A DNA stretch of 64,000 bases, from the NCBI GenBank assembly GCA_024405635.1, contig JAKSOL010000009.1:46491-110490 (forward strand), in the 5' to 3' direction. Below the pieces are notes generated by a model. The model saw only the letters and a program-made list of their open reading frames with translations. It ran no database searches and was not told where the DNA came from. The stretch is from Salinivirgaceae bacterium. GTDB taxonomy: Bacteria; Bacteroidota; Bacteroidia; Bacteroidales; SZUA-534. The translations under genes and the position numbers were made by a program. How positions within the stretch are numbered: the first letter of the stretch is position 1; each line of letters starts with the position of its first letter. Shown in pieces: positions 1 to 10,887 of this stretch.

Positions 1-2
1 GC

Positions 3-1142
3 AACCTTGTTTTGGCAAACAACACATTTATATCGCAACTTGGCTACGCAACAATTGACGATATTAAAGGCCACCACGTATCAATGTTTGTTTCGCCAAC
101 CGAACACGAAGATTTTAATCACATTTGGGACGAACTAACACACAAAAAGAACTACGAAAAATATTTGCGCTTTGCTACTAAAAGCGGAAAAGACGTATGG
201 ATGCTATCTACTTTCAGTGGTCAAAAAAGCACATACGGAACTATGCAAAGCGTGCTATTTATTGGTATTGAAAGCACAAAACAAAAAGAAACTGAAATTG
301 CCATTAAAAACCAAATTAGCGCAGTTAACGATAGCTGCATTATGTTTGACTACGCTACTAGCGGCAGAATGACCAGTTACAACCAAAAATTTGCTACCAC
401 ACTTGGCTTTACCGACGACCAACTAAAGGACTACAACGTATTCAACTTAATGAGTAGCGTTGACCAAGATAGTTTTGAGGCAACTTGGAACGAAATAATT
501 AACGGTAAACCATACTCATGCGAAGTAAAAGTTAAAGCAGCCTCAACCGACATCTGGTTGGCTATCAACTTTACTCCTATTCAAAACGACCGCGGAGAGT
601 ACACTCAAATTGTTGCTATTGCTAGCGACATTACCACTTTAAAATTGGCCGAAGAAACAATTAAGAAACAAGACAATGAGTTAAAAACTCAAGCTGAACA
701 ACTTGAAGCCGCAGCAACAAATCTTGAAGAGGCTGTTGCTAATGCAAAACAAGAAGTTAAAGCTCAGTCGCTTGAAATTGAACGCATCAAAATGCGCAAC
801 GAAAAAACACTTGAAGGTTTGCGCGACGCCGTTGTTACCATATCTCGCGAAGGCAACATTGAGTTCTTTAACCGCGCAGCTGAGTCGCTTTGGGGCTACT
901 CTCGCATGGAAGTGTTGGGACAAAACATTAAAAAATTGTTCCGCAAATACACCGAAGAAGACAACGAATTTATGGCGAACTTGCTTCACCCCGATAAACG
1001 CAAAACAGTGGGAATGCGCGAAAACGTTGAAATTTTAGCAAAAGACGGAACCGAAAAACCTGTGGTTATTTTACTATCGGGTGCAAAAGTTCAGAACGAA
1101 TACACCTACACTGCTTTCATTCAGTTTAACGAGGCCGAATAA
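3..1142 (+). CDS. Multi-PAS-domain sensor protein, 5'-truncated by the window edge; PAS/PAC repeats, a coiled coil and a terminal PAS domain
   Basis: The frame is open back to the window start. PAS/PAC motifs are present (DAVVTISREGNIEFFNRAAESLWGYSRMEVLGQNI; WLAINFTPIQNDRGEYTQIVAIASDIT) with a heptad-rich linker. Confidence 0.8.
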   Translation, partial: NLVLANNTFISQLGYATIDDIKGHHVSMFVSPTEHEDFNHIWDELTHKKNYEKYLRFATKSGKDVWMLSTFSGQKSTYGTMQSVLFIGIESTKQKETEIAIKNQISAVNDSCIMFDYATSGRMTSYNQKFATTLGFTDDQLKDYNVFNLMSSVDQDSFEATWNEIINGKPYSCEVKVKAASTDIWLAINFTPIQNDRGEYTQIVAIASDITTLKLAEETIKKQDNELKTQAEQLEAAATNLEEAVANAKQEVKAQSLEIERIKMRNEKTLEGLRDAVVTISREGNIEFFNRAAESLWGYSRMEVLGQNIKKLFRKYTEEDNEFMANLLHPDKRKTVGMRENVEILAKDGTEKPVVILLSGAKVQNEYTYTAFIQFNEAE

Positions 1143-1151
1143 TTTGTTTGA

Positions 1152-2624
1152 ATGAGCAAACATATAAGCCGATTGTTCATCATATTGATTGGGTTGTTGC
1201 TACTTGCAGCAGCCCAATCGTGTATTGAGGAGGATGGAAATAAATTCACCAACAATCCCAATGCTTATCTTGCTTTTTCAACCGACACACTAAAATTCGA
1301 CACTGTTTTTACATCTATCGGCTCTGCCTCAAAGCAAATTATAGTTTACAACAAAAACAAAAACGCGGTGCGAACCAATGTTTCGGTTCAAAGCAACTTT
1401 TACCATATTATTGTTGACGGAACAAAAGGTAATTCGCTCAATAACATTGTAATACGAGGTGGTGATAGCATTTATATATTTGTTGATGTTACTATCGACC
1501 CACAAAACAGCAACTCTCCCGTTGTTATACTTGACTCAATAACTTTCGCCACCAATGGCAATTGTCAAAGTGTAAAACTAATGGCGTATGGGCAAGACAT
1601 TCACATGATTACCGATACCGTTATTAAAACACAAACGTGGAAAGCCGACAAACCTTACCTTATTTGCAACTCTTTACTCATTGATTCGCTTGAAACTCTT
1701 ACCATCGAAGAGGGCACTCACCTTCATTTTCGACCAAATACGAGCTTACTGGTAAAAGGAACACTAAAGGTTAATGGAACAAATGAAAATCCTGTAGTAT
1801 TTGAAGGCGACCGCTTGGAAGAATATTACAAAAACAAGCCAGGACAATGGGGCAAGGTTTCTGAAGTTGAAGGCACCAAGCAGTATTTGGGCAACATTAA
1901 TTTCTTTACCAGTAGCAGCAACAACGAAATAAACTACGCTGTAATAAGAAATGGTGTTAAGGGAGTTCAAATTAACAGTAACTCCGACAGTACCACTACT
2001 CTAAAAATCGCCAACACCATTATTGAAAACATGTCAATAGCTGGAATATACGCGCAATCGACTAACATTTTGGTTTACAACACAATAGTTACAAATTGCG
2101 GTTATTACGCCGTTTTTTTAACCATGGGCGGAAACTACGAATTTTTCCACACCACCATTGCCAATTACACAACTACACGCAACACACCTTCGCTTGTATT
2201 CAGCAATTATTCCACGTCAGGTAGCAATACCAAATTATTCAACTTTAACGCAACATTTGCCAACAGCATCATTTGCGGCTCACGGTCTGCGGAGTTTATT
2301 GCCGACATGCAAAGTTCTGATTCTTTGAACTTTAATTACTCTTTTGAAAATTGCTTGATTAACTTACCCCGAAACACCAACATTTCTGACACAAACACAT
2401 TCCGCAATGTGATACTTGCAATTGACTCGTTGCCACGTTTTGTCGATGTTGAGAAACATAATTTCAGGCTCGACACTCTATCGGCAGCCAAAGACAAAGG
2501 CAAGTTGCAATATGGCAAACTATTTCCAACCGATTTTGACGGCAATAGCCGCATCGACGACAAACTGCCCGACCTTGGTGCGTTTGAACGAATTGAAAAC
2601 CAACCTATTACTAAGAAACCATGA
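1152..2624 (+). CDS. Predicted lipoprotein with Ig-like and right-handed parallel beta-helix regions
   Basis: Hydrophobic N-terminus ending in AQSC (lipobox-like); TLTIEEGT..LLVKGTLKVNGT..PVVF and NxxI repeats; C-terminal DFDGNSR..PDLGAFE motif. Confidence 0.7.
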   Translation: MSKHISRLFIILIGLLLLAAAQSCIEEDGNKFTNNPNAYLAFSTDTLKFDTVFTSIGSASKQIIVYNKNKNAVRTNVSVQSNFYHIIVDGTKGNSLNNIVIRGGDSIYIFVDVTIDPQNSNSPVVILDSITFATNGNCQSVKLMAYGQDIHMITDTVIKTQTWKADKPYLICNSLLIDSLETLTIEEGTHLHFRPNTSLLVKGTLKVNGTNENPVVFEGDRLEEYYKNKPGQWGKVSEVEGTKQYLGNINFFTSSSNNEINYAVIRNGVKGVQINSNSDSTTTLKIANTIIENMSIAGIYAQSTNILVYNTIVTNCGYYAVFLTMGGNYEFFHTTIANYTTTRNTPSLVFSNYSTSGSNTKLFNFNATFANSIICGSRSAEFIADMQSSDSLNFNYSFENCLINLPRNTNISDTNTFRNVILAIDSLPRFVDVEKHNFRLDTLSAAKDKGKLQYGKLFPTDFDGNSRIDDKLPDLGAFERIENQPITKKP

Positions 2625-3682
2625 ATCGCATATACGCAACAATTATTGGACTTATTGTAGCAGTTTCATCTTGGGCGCAAAGTTCAGGATTAACTCCCGA
2701 ACTTGAAAAAGCGGTAGAGCAACAGCGTTACTTACGGTTAATGTTCTACAATTGCGAAAACTTTTTCGACACCGACGATGACCCTTTGACTCGCGACGAA
2801 GAATTTACTCCTGAAGGCGAACGCCATTGGAACAAAAAACGTTACAACGAAAAGCAAGACCATGTTAGCCAAGTAGTTGCAGCCATTGGCGGTTGGCAAG
2901 CGCCTGACATTATAGGATTGTGCGAAATTGAGTCGCGAAAGGTGATACTCGATTTAACTTTAGACTCTAAACTATATGTTTTTGAGTACAAATTTCTTCA
3001 CAAAGAATCGCCCGACTCTCGCGGCATTGACGTGGCTCTACTCTACCAACCCAAAAGCTACACGCCAATAAAAACCGAATTCATACCAGTTCACTATCCA
3101 AATAGTAGCCGTTCAACTCGCGACATTTTGTTTAGTACAGGAACAACACGCAACGGCGACACATTGCACATTTTTGTAAACCACTGGCCATCGCGATGGG
3201 GCGGACAATCCGAAACCGACGAATTGCGCTGCTACGTCGCCTCAATAGTTCGGCATAAAGTTGATTCTCTTGTAACCGCAAACTCGCGCTCAAACATCAT
3301 TATTATGGGCGACTTAAACGATTATCCTAACAACAACAGCGTTTGCAGCGTACTTAAAGCAAAAACCGAGTTTAGCAATTTTGAGCAAACCGAATTGTAC
3401 AACTTAGCTTATTATCAGCAATTTGTAAAAATGCAAGGCACGCACAAATACGACGGAATGTGGGGAGTGCTTGACCAAATGATTATATCGGGCTCTCTGC
3501 TCGATGGCAATGGTCCACTTTATACATCGAAAGACGATGCACACATTTTTAATGCCCCTTTTCTTCTCGAAAACGATGACACTCACATTGGTTACAAGCC
3601 TTTTAGAACCTATAATGGATACCAATATAATGGAGGCTTTAGCGATCATTTACCTGTTTTTATCAATATTTACAGAAAATAA
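2621..3682 (+). CDS. Secreted endonuclease/exonuclease/phosphatase (EEP) family protein
   Basis: MFYNCENFFD, GLCEIE, VNHWPSR, IMGDLND, LDQM and FSDHLPV motifs; signal peptide. Confidence 0.88.
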   Translation: MNRIYATIIGLIVAVSSWAQSSGLTPELEKAVEQQRYLRLMFYNCENFFDTDDDPLTRDEEFTPEGERHWNKKRYNEKQDHVSQVVAAIGGWQAPDIIGLCEIESRKVILDLTLDSKLYVFEYKFLHKESPDSRGIDVALLYQPKSYTPIKTEFIPVHYPNSSRSTRDILFSTGTTRNGDTLHIFVNHWPSRWGGQSETDELRCYVASIVRHKVDSLVTANSRSNIIIMGDLNDYPNNNSVCSVLKAKTEFSNFEQTELYNLAYYQQFVKMQGTHKYDGMWGVLDQMIISGSLLDGNGPLYTSKDDAHIFNAPFLLENDDTHIGYKPFRTYNGYQYNGGFSDHLPVFINIYRK

Positions 3683-3688
3683 CCTACA

Positions 3689-4759
3689 ATGAAACTATTC
3701 AACACAATCATAGCCACATTGTTGACTATCAGCACAATGGCGCAAACCGAAGAAATAAACCTTCTGTTTGCTGGCGACATAATGGGACACGACTCACAAA
3801 TTGCTGCAGCTTATATCGACAGCACCAAAACTTATAGCTATGCCGAATGTTTTGAGCATGTGAAACCTTTTGTTGAGCATGCCGATTTGGCAATTGCCAA
3901 TCTTGAAGTAACCTTGGCAGGCGAACCTTTCAAAGGTTATCCACAATTTTCGTCGCCCGACCAGCTTGCCATTGACGTGCAAAATTGCGGATTTGATGTG
4001 CTGGTTACTGCCAACAATCACTCGTGCGACCGCGGCAGCAAAGGAATTGCTCGCACTGTGAAAATTCTCGATTCGCTTAACATTGCCCACACTGGCACTT
4101 TTTGCGATTCGGCTGAATACAAAAGCAACTACCCTCTTGTGGTTGAAGTAAAAGGCATGCGCTTTGCTATTTTAAACTACACCTACGGAACAAATGGCAT
4201 TACTGTGTCGAATGGCCGCATTGTAAATATGATTGACACAAAACAAATTACTGCCGATGTTGCTGCGGCTCGTTCAAAAAGCGATATGATTATTGCCTGC
4301 ATGCACTGGGGAGACGAATATGTTACAACGCCCACAAATAGCGAAATTCAACTTGCTTCGATGCTGAAAAAGTTAGGTGTAGAACTGATTATTGGGTCGC
4401 ACCCACACGTTCTGCAACCAATTGAATTAGACACTGTTAGCAATCAACTTACCGTTTATTCGTTAGGCAATTTTGTAAGCGGACAACGCACTGCTCCTCG
4501 CGATGGCGCCATGATGGTTAATGTAAAACTAACTCCACAACCAAATGGAAAACCTCGAATCAGCGCTAGCTACCGCCTTACTTATGTTCACTACCCAATG
4601 GTAAATGGTAAACGCCACTTTATTGTGGTTCCTGTTGCTGCAGCCGAATCGGGATTGCTACAACCTATTAACTCAACTGATTGGGGACGACTAAACAAAT
4701 TTGCTACCGAAGCTCGCTCAATAATGAGCAACAATGTGTGCGTTGACGAAGTAAAGTAA
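3689..4759 (+). CDS. CapA (PGA_cap) family metallophosphoesterase
   Basis: AGDIM, ANLE, TANNHSCD, MHWGDEY, IGSHPHVLQ and YSLGNF motifs. Confidence 0.88.
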   Translation: MKLFNTIIATLLTISTMAQTEEINLLFAGDIMGHDSQIAAAYIDSTKTYSYAECFEHVKPFVEHADLAIANLEVTLAGEPFKGYPQFSSPDQLAIDVQNCGFDVLVTANNHSCDRGSKGIARTVKILDSLNIAHTGTFCDSAEYKSNYPLVVEVKGMRFAILNYTYGTNGITVSNGRIVNMIDTKQITADVAAARSKSDMIIACMHWGDEYVTTPTNSEIQLASMLKKLGVELIIGSHPHVLQPIELDTVSNQLTVYSLGNFVSGQRTAPRDGAMMVNVKLTPQPNGKPRISASYRLTYVHYPMVNGKRHFIVVPVAAAESGLLQPINSTDWGRLNKFATEARSIMSNNVCVDEVK

Positions 4760-4782
4760 CTCCCTGCGTTTCAGCAAGTAAC

Positions 4783-7700
4783 TTAATCCATTCGTGCCGA
4801 AACCACACATGGTTTCTTTATTTGTTTGCTTTCGCCATCGGTGCTAAACAATTCGCAATAAACAACATACACGCCAATTGGCACCCTATTGCCATTGTCG
4901 TCAAGTCCATCCCAACTCCAAAAGCCCGAAGTGCCTAGTTGCTCGTTGCTCACTAACTTGCGCACACGAACTCCTTTTGCATTAAAAATGCTAACAGAAG
5001 CAACATTGCCCGGATTTTCAAACTGATAACAAATATTCAGTTGGTCGTCAAAGCCATCGTTATCGGGCGAAAATGCCTCATTTTCAATGCTTAACGTAGA
5101 ATTACCGCTAACAATTGGCGCAAAACACGAATTTTGATAACCCGGAGTTGCTCCACCTGTGTATTCTGCAGCCGAGTGCCAGTTGGCAGCATTATCTGTC
5201 GGTTTATTTGGATCGATGCGCTCAAGGCTAACTCCTTCAACACTGCTCAACAACGCAAAGTGCATCTTTTTATCGTATTCAAATTCGTCGTAAACTACCC
5301 CAGCCGTATCAGCTAATACAACTACACCATGATCGTTGGCATAAGTTGGCAATGCTGCAAGGTTGAAAAATGCAAGCGAATCGGTTGTAGCATATTGGCT
5401 CATAACCAATTGCGAGTTGGTTGAAAGTACAACATAACCTCCTGCGGGCAAAACATAACCGGGTTGTTCAATATGCTTTGGTGTTTTTATTGCTCCTGCC
5501 GAACGCGTTGCTAGACAGAAAGTTGCAATATTCACTGCATGATCAGAGCGATTGTATAATTCAACAAAATCGCAACCTCCAGCTTTTGTATTAAACAGAA
5601 CTTCGTTTATCACCACATCTCCCACCTCGGCTACCATCGGCATAAATAGGGACAGGGTGTCGGTTGCAATGGTATTTCCGAAAACATCGGTAATCTGTTT
5701 GCTGAAAATTATTGAATAATCGGTGTTTGGATTTATAGCCACAGGCAAGGTTGCATCAATTGCATAATAATTATCGGGAGCCATAACCACTGACAACATA
5801 TTTCCAATAGTTGGTTGTATTTCAATTAGCGACGCATCGTTAGCTATTACCATTTTATTGAACACAATTCGGACTTTTCGCTCCGACAAAGGCACAGCGT
5901 ACAATGCAATTGGAGCAATGGTATCGGCTACATCAATAGCAACTGAATTAGGGTGGCATGGTGTTCCGCCTTTAACATCAATTGTTTCGGCCCAATTGTT
6001 TCCTGTTTCGTCGGCCGAAAGCAAACTAATTCGTTCAAGACTAAATCCGCCTTCTTTCTTCAACTCATCGGCATACCATGAACTTGAGTAATTAGTATAG
6101 CAAACCAAATTGCCTTGACAAAGCACAGAAATGGAACCAGTAGCTGGCAATGCTGGCATTTTTTGCGAACCTATTACGTTGCCAAATTGAGCCAAGCTAT
6201 CAACTGCCGACAATTTTGCAACCAACGCATATTGATGAGCGCCAATAACTCCATGCTCAAGTTTTGCCTCAGTTTTTCCAACTTTAATAGAAAGGCTATC
6301 GGTTTCAATATCAAAGTTGCTGCGGTTGTATAGCTCAACATACTCGCAGGCTGGCAAACCCGCCGTTGGTTCGGGGGTTGCCATTATTTCGGTTATCACC
6401 AAATCGTACAGCGCAACTTTATGATATACAAGCGTTAACGTTGTGTCGTCAATTACATTACCGCATTGGTCCGAAATGTCTTTAACTGAAAGATGCAACT
6501 GTGTATCAACTGCAAAAGATTGAGCAAACGTTAAAGTCAACTGCAATCCGTTGAGCGAAACGCTTGTTGGACTTTTACCGTCTAACTGATAGTTTGCAAC
6601 AAACGTAACTGATTGTTCATCTGGTAGTTCGCTCAAAAAAAGCACTATTTGTTTGTCGTTTGCAATATGAGTTGACGATATAACAATCTGTTCGTTATCA
6701 ATATTTTTCGCCTTTACAGAATTTTGTTTTCCAGGTGTGCCGCCTGCATCAGCAACACTAACTGCCCAATTATTTGCGCCACCGCACAAATTATTTGCAT
6801 CAATTCGCTCAAGCGACCAACCGCCAGCTTGCTTTTCGGTATCGGCAATCATGCTTTGCGTGTAACTAACCGAATCGATTACCGCGCCCTTGTCCGACAA
6901 AAGTTTAATTGCACGACCTGTGTTGGTAAGCGATGTTGTACTAATGCCAACAACCGTTGTTCCATATTTTGCAAACTCTTTTGTAGCCGCACTTGATGTT
7001 ACAATAACATAACCATTTGCATCAATCACAACATCGGCCAATTCTTTTTGCGTTCCAGCCACATCAACTTTCCATCCGTTGAGCGAAATGGCATAGTTTC
7101 TATTATTATAAATCTCGAAGAAGTCATACTCGGGAAGAGCAACCACTGGTGTTGGGTCAAAAAATATCTCATTTACAACAACATCGCCAGGTTGCGGTGC
7201 AATCCAATACTCAAAATCGAACTGCTCAGCTGCGGTCATTTCAACTCCATTAACATCGGCCACTCCGCTAACTGTTAGATTATTTGAACCTACTTGCAAT
7301 TCATCAACAGTCAATACAACTTGCTTGGGTTGCGAACTATTGTAGCCAACCGAAATAACCTCACCTGCTTGCAACATATAATTATTGGTATTGCAAACTG
7401 ATGCAGAATCAACTTCGGCCGAAAACGAAACAGTAATCTTATCAGTTCCATTAAAACTAAAATCGGCAACTGAAATAGGGTTAGGTTGATAAACAACGCT
7501 AATGCTATCGGCCCAAAGTTTTCCAACATTTCCTTTTATGAATGTAAACAACAGCCCAACGCTATCGGAACTGCTATATGTAACATCGGTAGTTGACGAG
7601 GCGAATGTGGTAAGATTATTAAATGAATTACCATAACTAATTGACCACAAACCAGTTGCAGCGCGAATAACCTCAACACAAATCAAGGCGTCTTGGGTCC

Positions 7701-8184
7701 ATACATAATCGGTTTTTAGCAAAGTTGATTTTTTACCACCCGCTTCTAACTTATTCAATGTCAATACTTTTGGATTTGAAGTGGTGGTTGAAACATAATA
7801 ACCACTGTTTTGACTATTGGTTAAATCAGCCTTTTCAGTCATTAAGAAAAATTGAAAGTAGTTGGCTGTGGTTGGAGTAAAACCTGCAGTTTTCAAAGCA
7901 AAGCGCCAAATTGTTGTTCCTGCCGAAAAGTCGCAATTTGCCACACTTGCCGCAATAGTACTAGTTGCTGCAACATTTGGAGTAGAACTATGATGCAGCA
8001 AACCGCCGTCAGCCAACCAGTCGGAAGTATTTGTCCACTGGTCAAGATTTTCAAATTCGTCGGCAAACAATAAAGTCTGCTCCGAAGACTTGCTATTACT
8101 CAAATTAGGCGAAAAGGTCTGCGCGTGGGCAAAAGCCAAAAATAATGCGAGACAAACTAAACACAATGCCGTTTTTTTATTCAT
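4783..8184 (-). CDS. Large secreted protein with three lamin-tail-like domains and a type B T9SS (gliding-motility-associated) C-terminal domain
   Basis: Signal peptide from MNKKTALCL. Three modules match (G)DxVxxE..(F/Y)xE(I/L)YN..SLERI..TP..NS. C-terminal AFSPDNDGFDD..WDG..GVY motif. Confidence 0.8.
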   Translation of the reverse strand: MNKKTALCLVCLALFLAFAHAQTFSPNLSNSKSSEQTLLFADEFENLDQWTNTSDWLADGGLLHHSSTPNVAATSTIAASVANCDFSAGTTIWRFALKTAGFTPTTANYFQFFLMTEKADLTNSQNSGYYVSTTTSNPKVLTLNKLEAGGKKSTLLKTDYVWTQDALICVEVIRAATGLWSISYGNSFNNLTTFASSTTDVTYSSSDSVGLLFTFIKGNVGKLWADSISVVYQPNPISVADFSFNGTDKITVSFSAEVDSASVCNTNNYMLQAGEVISVGYNSSQPKQVVLTVDELQVGSNNLTVSGVADVNGVEMTAAEQFDFEYWIAPQPGDVVVNEIFFDPTPVVALPEYDFFEIYNNRNYAISLNGWKVDVAGTQKELADVVIDANGYVIVTSSAATKEFAKYGTTVVGISTTSLTNTGRAIKLLSDKGAVIDSVSYTQSMIADTEKQAGGWSLERIDANNLCGGANNWAVSVADAGGTPGKQNSVKAKNIDNEQIVISSTHIANDKQIVLFLSELPDEQSVTFVANYQLDGKSPTSVSLNGLQLTLTFAQSFAVDTQLHLSVKDISDQCGNVIDDTTLTLVYHKVALYDLVITEIMATPEPTAGLPACEYVELYNRSNFDIETDSLSIKVGKTEAKLEHGVIGAHQYALVAKLSAVDSLAQFGNVIGSQKMPALPATGSISVLCQGNLVCYTNYSSSWYADELKKEGGFSLERISLLSADETGNNWAETIDVKGGTPCHPNSVAIDVADTIAPIALYAVPLSERKVRIVFNKMVIANDASLIEIQPTIGNMLSVVMAPDNYYAIDATLPVAINPNTDYSIIFSKQITDVFGNTIATDTLSLFMPMVAEVGDVVINEVLFNTKAGGCDFVELYNRSDHAVNIATFCLATRSAGAIKTPKHIEQPGYVLPAGGYVVLSTNSQLVMSQYATTDSLAFFNLAALPTYANDHGVVVLADTAGVVYDEFEYDKKMHFALLSSVEGVSLERIDPNKPTDNAANWHSAAEYTGGATPGYQNSCFAPIVSGNSTLSIENEAFSPDNDGFDDQLNICYQFENPGNVASVSIFNAKGVRVRKLVSNEQLGTSGFWSWDGLDDNGNRVPIGVYVVYCELFSTDGESKQIKKPCVVSARMD

Positions 8185-8309
8185 CTTTGTAGCGCTTTTG
8201 AAAATTGATTTTTCAAACGCAATCAACTGATTATTAGATGATTAAAAATCAGTTTGATTACATTAGAAAATGTTGTAAGTAACTAAATATAATTCAAAAT
8301 AAAAAGACT

Positions 8310-9317
8310 ATGAAGATAGCCGTAGTAGGAGCCAGCGGTGCAGTTGGCCAAGAATTCTTGAAGATCCTAAACGAGAGAGATCTTCCAATTGATGAGTTAG
8401 TCCTTTTTGGATCGGCTCGTAGTGCAGGAACCGCATACGATTTCAAGGGAAAGAAAATCGTGGTAAAAGAGTTGAAACACAACGACGATTTTAAAGACAT
8501 TGACATTGTATTGGCATCAGCAGGCGCAAGCACATCAAAAGAATATGCCGAAACAATGACCAAATACGGCGCCATTATGATTGACAACTCAAGCGCATTC
8601 CGTATGGACAACGATGTTCCATTGGTTGTACCTGAAGTTAACCCAGAGGACGCGCTAACCACTCCACGCAACATTATTGCAAACCCAAACTGCACTACCA
8701 TTATTATGGTTGTAGTGCTTAAGGCTCTTGAGGAGTTGTCGCACATTAAACGCATTCACGTAGCAAGCTACCAAAGTGCTAGCGGTGCTGGTGCAATGGG
8801 TATGGCAGAGCTTGAACAACAAGTAAAAGATTTTGCTGCAGGCAAAGACCTTACAGTAAACAAATTCTCGTCACAAATTTTGTTCAACGTTATTCCTCAC
8901 ATCGATGTATTCACCGATAACGACTACACCAAAGAGGAGATGAAGATGTATAACGAGACCAAAAAGATTATGCACTCTGACATTGAGGTAAGTTCAACTT
9001 GCGTGCGCGTGCCTGTAATGCGTGCTCACTCTGAAGCAATTTGGGCAGAAACAGCAGAGCCAGTTTCTCCTGAGGCTTTCCGCGCTGCTTGTGCAAAAGC
9101 CGCTGGTGTAACTGTAGTTGACAATCCTGCTAACAAAGAGTACCCAATGCCTTTGTTTGTTGCAGGACAAGACAACGTATCGGTTGGCCGTATCCGCAAA
9201 GACATTGCTAATCCAAACGGAATCACTTTCTGGTGCGTTGGCGACCAAATTCGCAAAGGTGCAGCTCTTAACGCTGTTCAAATTGCAGAATACCTTATCG
9301 CTAAAAAGTTCAAATAG
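8310..9317 (+). CDS. asd: Aspartate-semialdehyde dehydrogenase
   Basis: [34 protein letters not shown] and [16 protein letters not shown] motifs. Confidence 0.97.
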   Translation: MKIAVVGASGAVGQEFLKILNERDLPIDELVLFGSARSAGTAYDFKGKKIVVKELKHNDDFKDIDIVLASAGASTSKEYAETMTKYGAIMIDNSSAFRMDNDVPLVVPEVNPEDALTTPRNIIANPNCTTIIMVVVLKALEELSHIKRIHVASYQSASGAGAMGMAELEQQVKDFAAGKDLTVNKFSSQILFNVIPHIDVFTDNDYTKEEMKMYNETKKIMHSDIEVSSTCVRVPVMRAHSEAIWAETAEPVSPEAFRAACAKAAGVTVVDNPANKEYPMPLFVAGQDNVSVGRIRKDIANPNGITFWCVGDQIRKGAALNAVQIAEYLIAKKFK

Positions 9318-9340
9318 AACAATTTACAACACAATAAATA

Positions 9341-9376
9341 AACGGGAATTGCCAAAAGGTGATTCCCGTTTTTTTT
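9341..9376 (+). terminator. Intrinsic terminator after asd
   Basis: aacgggaattgcc-aaaa-ggtgattcccgtt stem followed by a T run. Confidence 0.85.
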
Positions 9377-9403
9377 GTTGGTTAGTTTGAAATAAGCGAC
9401 CAC

Positions 9404-9446
9404 AAAAAACCGCCAACAACCTCATTTTGCTTGGTTACTGGCGGTT
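9404..9446 (-). terminator. Probable terminator for the 9473-9979 gene
   Basis: aaccgcca...tggcggtt inverted repeat next to an A run (a U tract on the minus strand). Confidence 0.55.
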
Positions 9447-9472
9447 AAAGTTTTAATGCGATGTTGGGTGGG

Positions 9473-9979
9473 TTATTCTATTAGTGTCCAAGTTTCGCCA
9501 TTATCCAAAATCACCCTTATGATACCATAGTTTTTTGCAACAACAATACTATTCTTATTATCATTTAGTATCACACATTGGTCGTATATTCCATATTGAT
9601 CTTTATAAGGAATAGTATCTATTATATTAGATGCGTTTATGCCACTTTTAACTCCAAAAGACAAATAAAAATTAATTTCTTTCCAATAATCGCTAGAATT
9701 TATACGGTAAAATAATAACGTATCTTGATACGAGGCTTCTATTTCAATATAAGTTCCACAATCACAATCACAATTGCGTGATATTATTTCTTTGTCATAC
9801 TTTCTATAGTTAAAAATGATAAATTCAATAGTATCATAACCTGTATCAAATCTAATAGTGTCGTTCAATTCATATGGAATAAAAGACTCTAATTCTTCTG
9901 GAAAATTTGGACAATGGCGTTCTTTACTACAAGAAAACAAGCACATACCTAAAATTAGGATAGATAAAAGATTCTTCAT
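9473..9979 (-). CDS. Hypothetical lipoprotein (AT-rich)
   Basis: MKNLLSILILGMCLFSC lipobox; CDCDC motif; no family recognised. Confidence 0.7.
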   Translation of the reverse strand: MKNLLSILILGMCLFSCSKERHCPNFPEELESFIPYELNDTIRFDTGYDTIEFIIFNYRKYDKEIISRNCDCDCGTYIEIEASYQDTLLFYRINSSDYWKEINFYLSFGVKSGINASNIIDTIPYKDQYGIYDQCVILNDNKNSIVVAKNYGIIRVILDNGETWTLIE

Positions 9980-10128
9980 CGCATTAAGTTTTTAATTACG
10001 GCTTTAAACTTTACTCCTTTTTCAACTTTAAAACCAGAAGTTTGCATTACTTTTTCTTTTACTTCAAGTTCAACTTGTTTTTAGACAAAAAATCTAAAAC
10101 TCTGAAAATTCCAAACAAATAGGTAATC

Positions 10129-10887
10129 CTACCCCACAAGTTTTACCAGCCATTTAGGCCAAACAGCAAAGGTTGCTACAGCTACAAACTCACCTGCAGC
10201 ATCGCAAAGCAAATCAACCACATCGCCCGACCGACCAGTAATCCAAAGTTGCTGAATTACCTCAATTGCCGCAGCATATACCAAGGTTGCTAACAAAATA
10301 GCCACATATTGTCGGCGAACTATTCCTTGCTTTACATACAGCGAATGGGTTAAAAATCCACAACCAAAAAACATACAGAAGTGCATCACTTTGTCTAAAT
10401 GAGGAATATTGAGCCATCCTATTTCGGGCAGTTTGGTTGCTGGCGATAGGCACAAATACGACACAAACATTGTCCACAAAACCATTTTAACTTTGGTTAT
10501 GGTTGCTGCATTTCTAATGTTTTTAATTAGTGATTTAAAGTTTGTCAGACCCAAAACCAAGCCGCATACATTGCAGTACCAATCAACATAGTCGCCCGAT
10601 CGGCCTGGAATGAAAAAATGTTGAGCCACCTCGGTTGCAACGGAAAACAACAATTCGAGTATCACAACCACGCTCAAAACCCAATGCGAAAATGCTTTTT
10701 CGGTCCAAAGTCGGTTGGTAAGTTGGCCTAATACAAAAAACAAAAACAGATGAAAAGCCTTATCGATATAGCACTCTACTATCCATGGGTGCTGCCCCAT
10801 AAATGAACCTGGTAGCATGCAAATGCCGGTTACCAAAATCACCCATGCGGCCAGCAGAAAGTAGGTTATGTTGTTTTGTCTTTTCAT
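10129..10887 (-). CDS. Membrane protein with two tandem VanZ-like domains
   Basis: Two copies of the DKxxH..E..Q..GRSGDxxD pattern. Confidence 0.8.
   Translation of the reverse strand: MKRQNNITYFLLAAWVILVTGICMLPGSFMGQHPWIVECYIDKAFHLFLFFVLGQLTNRLWTEKAFSHWVLSVVVILELLFSVATEVAQHFFIPGRSGDYVDWYCNVCGLVLGLTNFKSLIKNIRNAATITKVKMVLWTMFVSYLCLSPATKLPEIGWLNIPHLDKVMHFCMFFGCGFLTHSLYVKQGIVRRQYVAILLATLVYAAAIEVIQQLWITGRSGDVVDLLCDAAGEFVAVATFAVWPKWLVKLVG

Noticed and set aside
3689-4759. Poly-gamma-glutamate capsule locus
   Set aside because: Only a CapA-family gene is present, without capB/capC; stand-alone CapA homologues are common.
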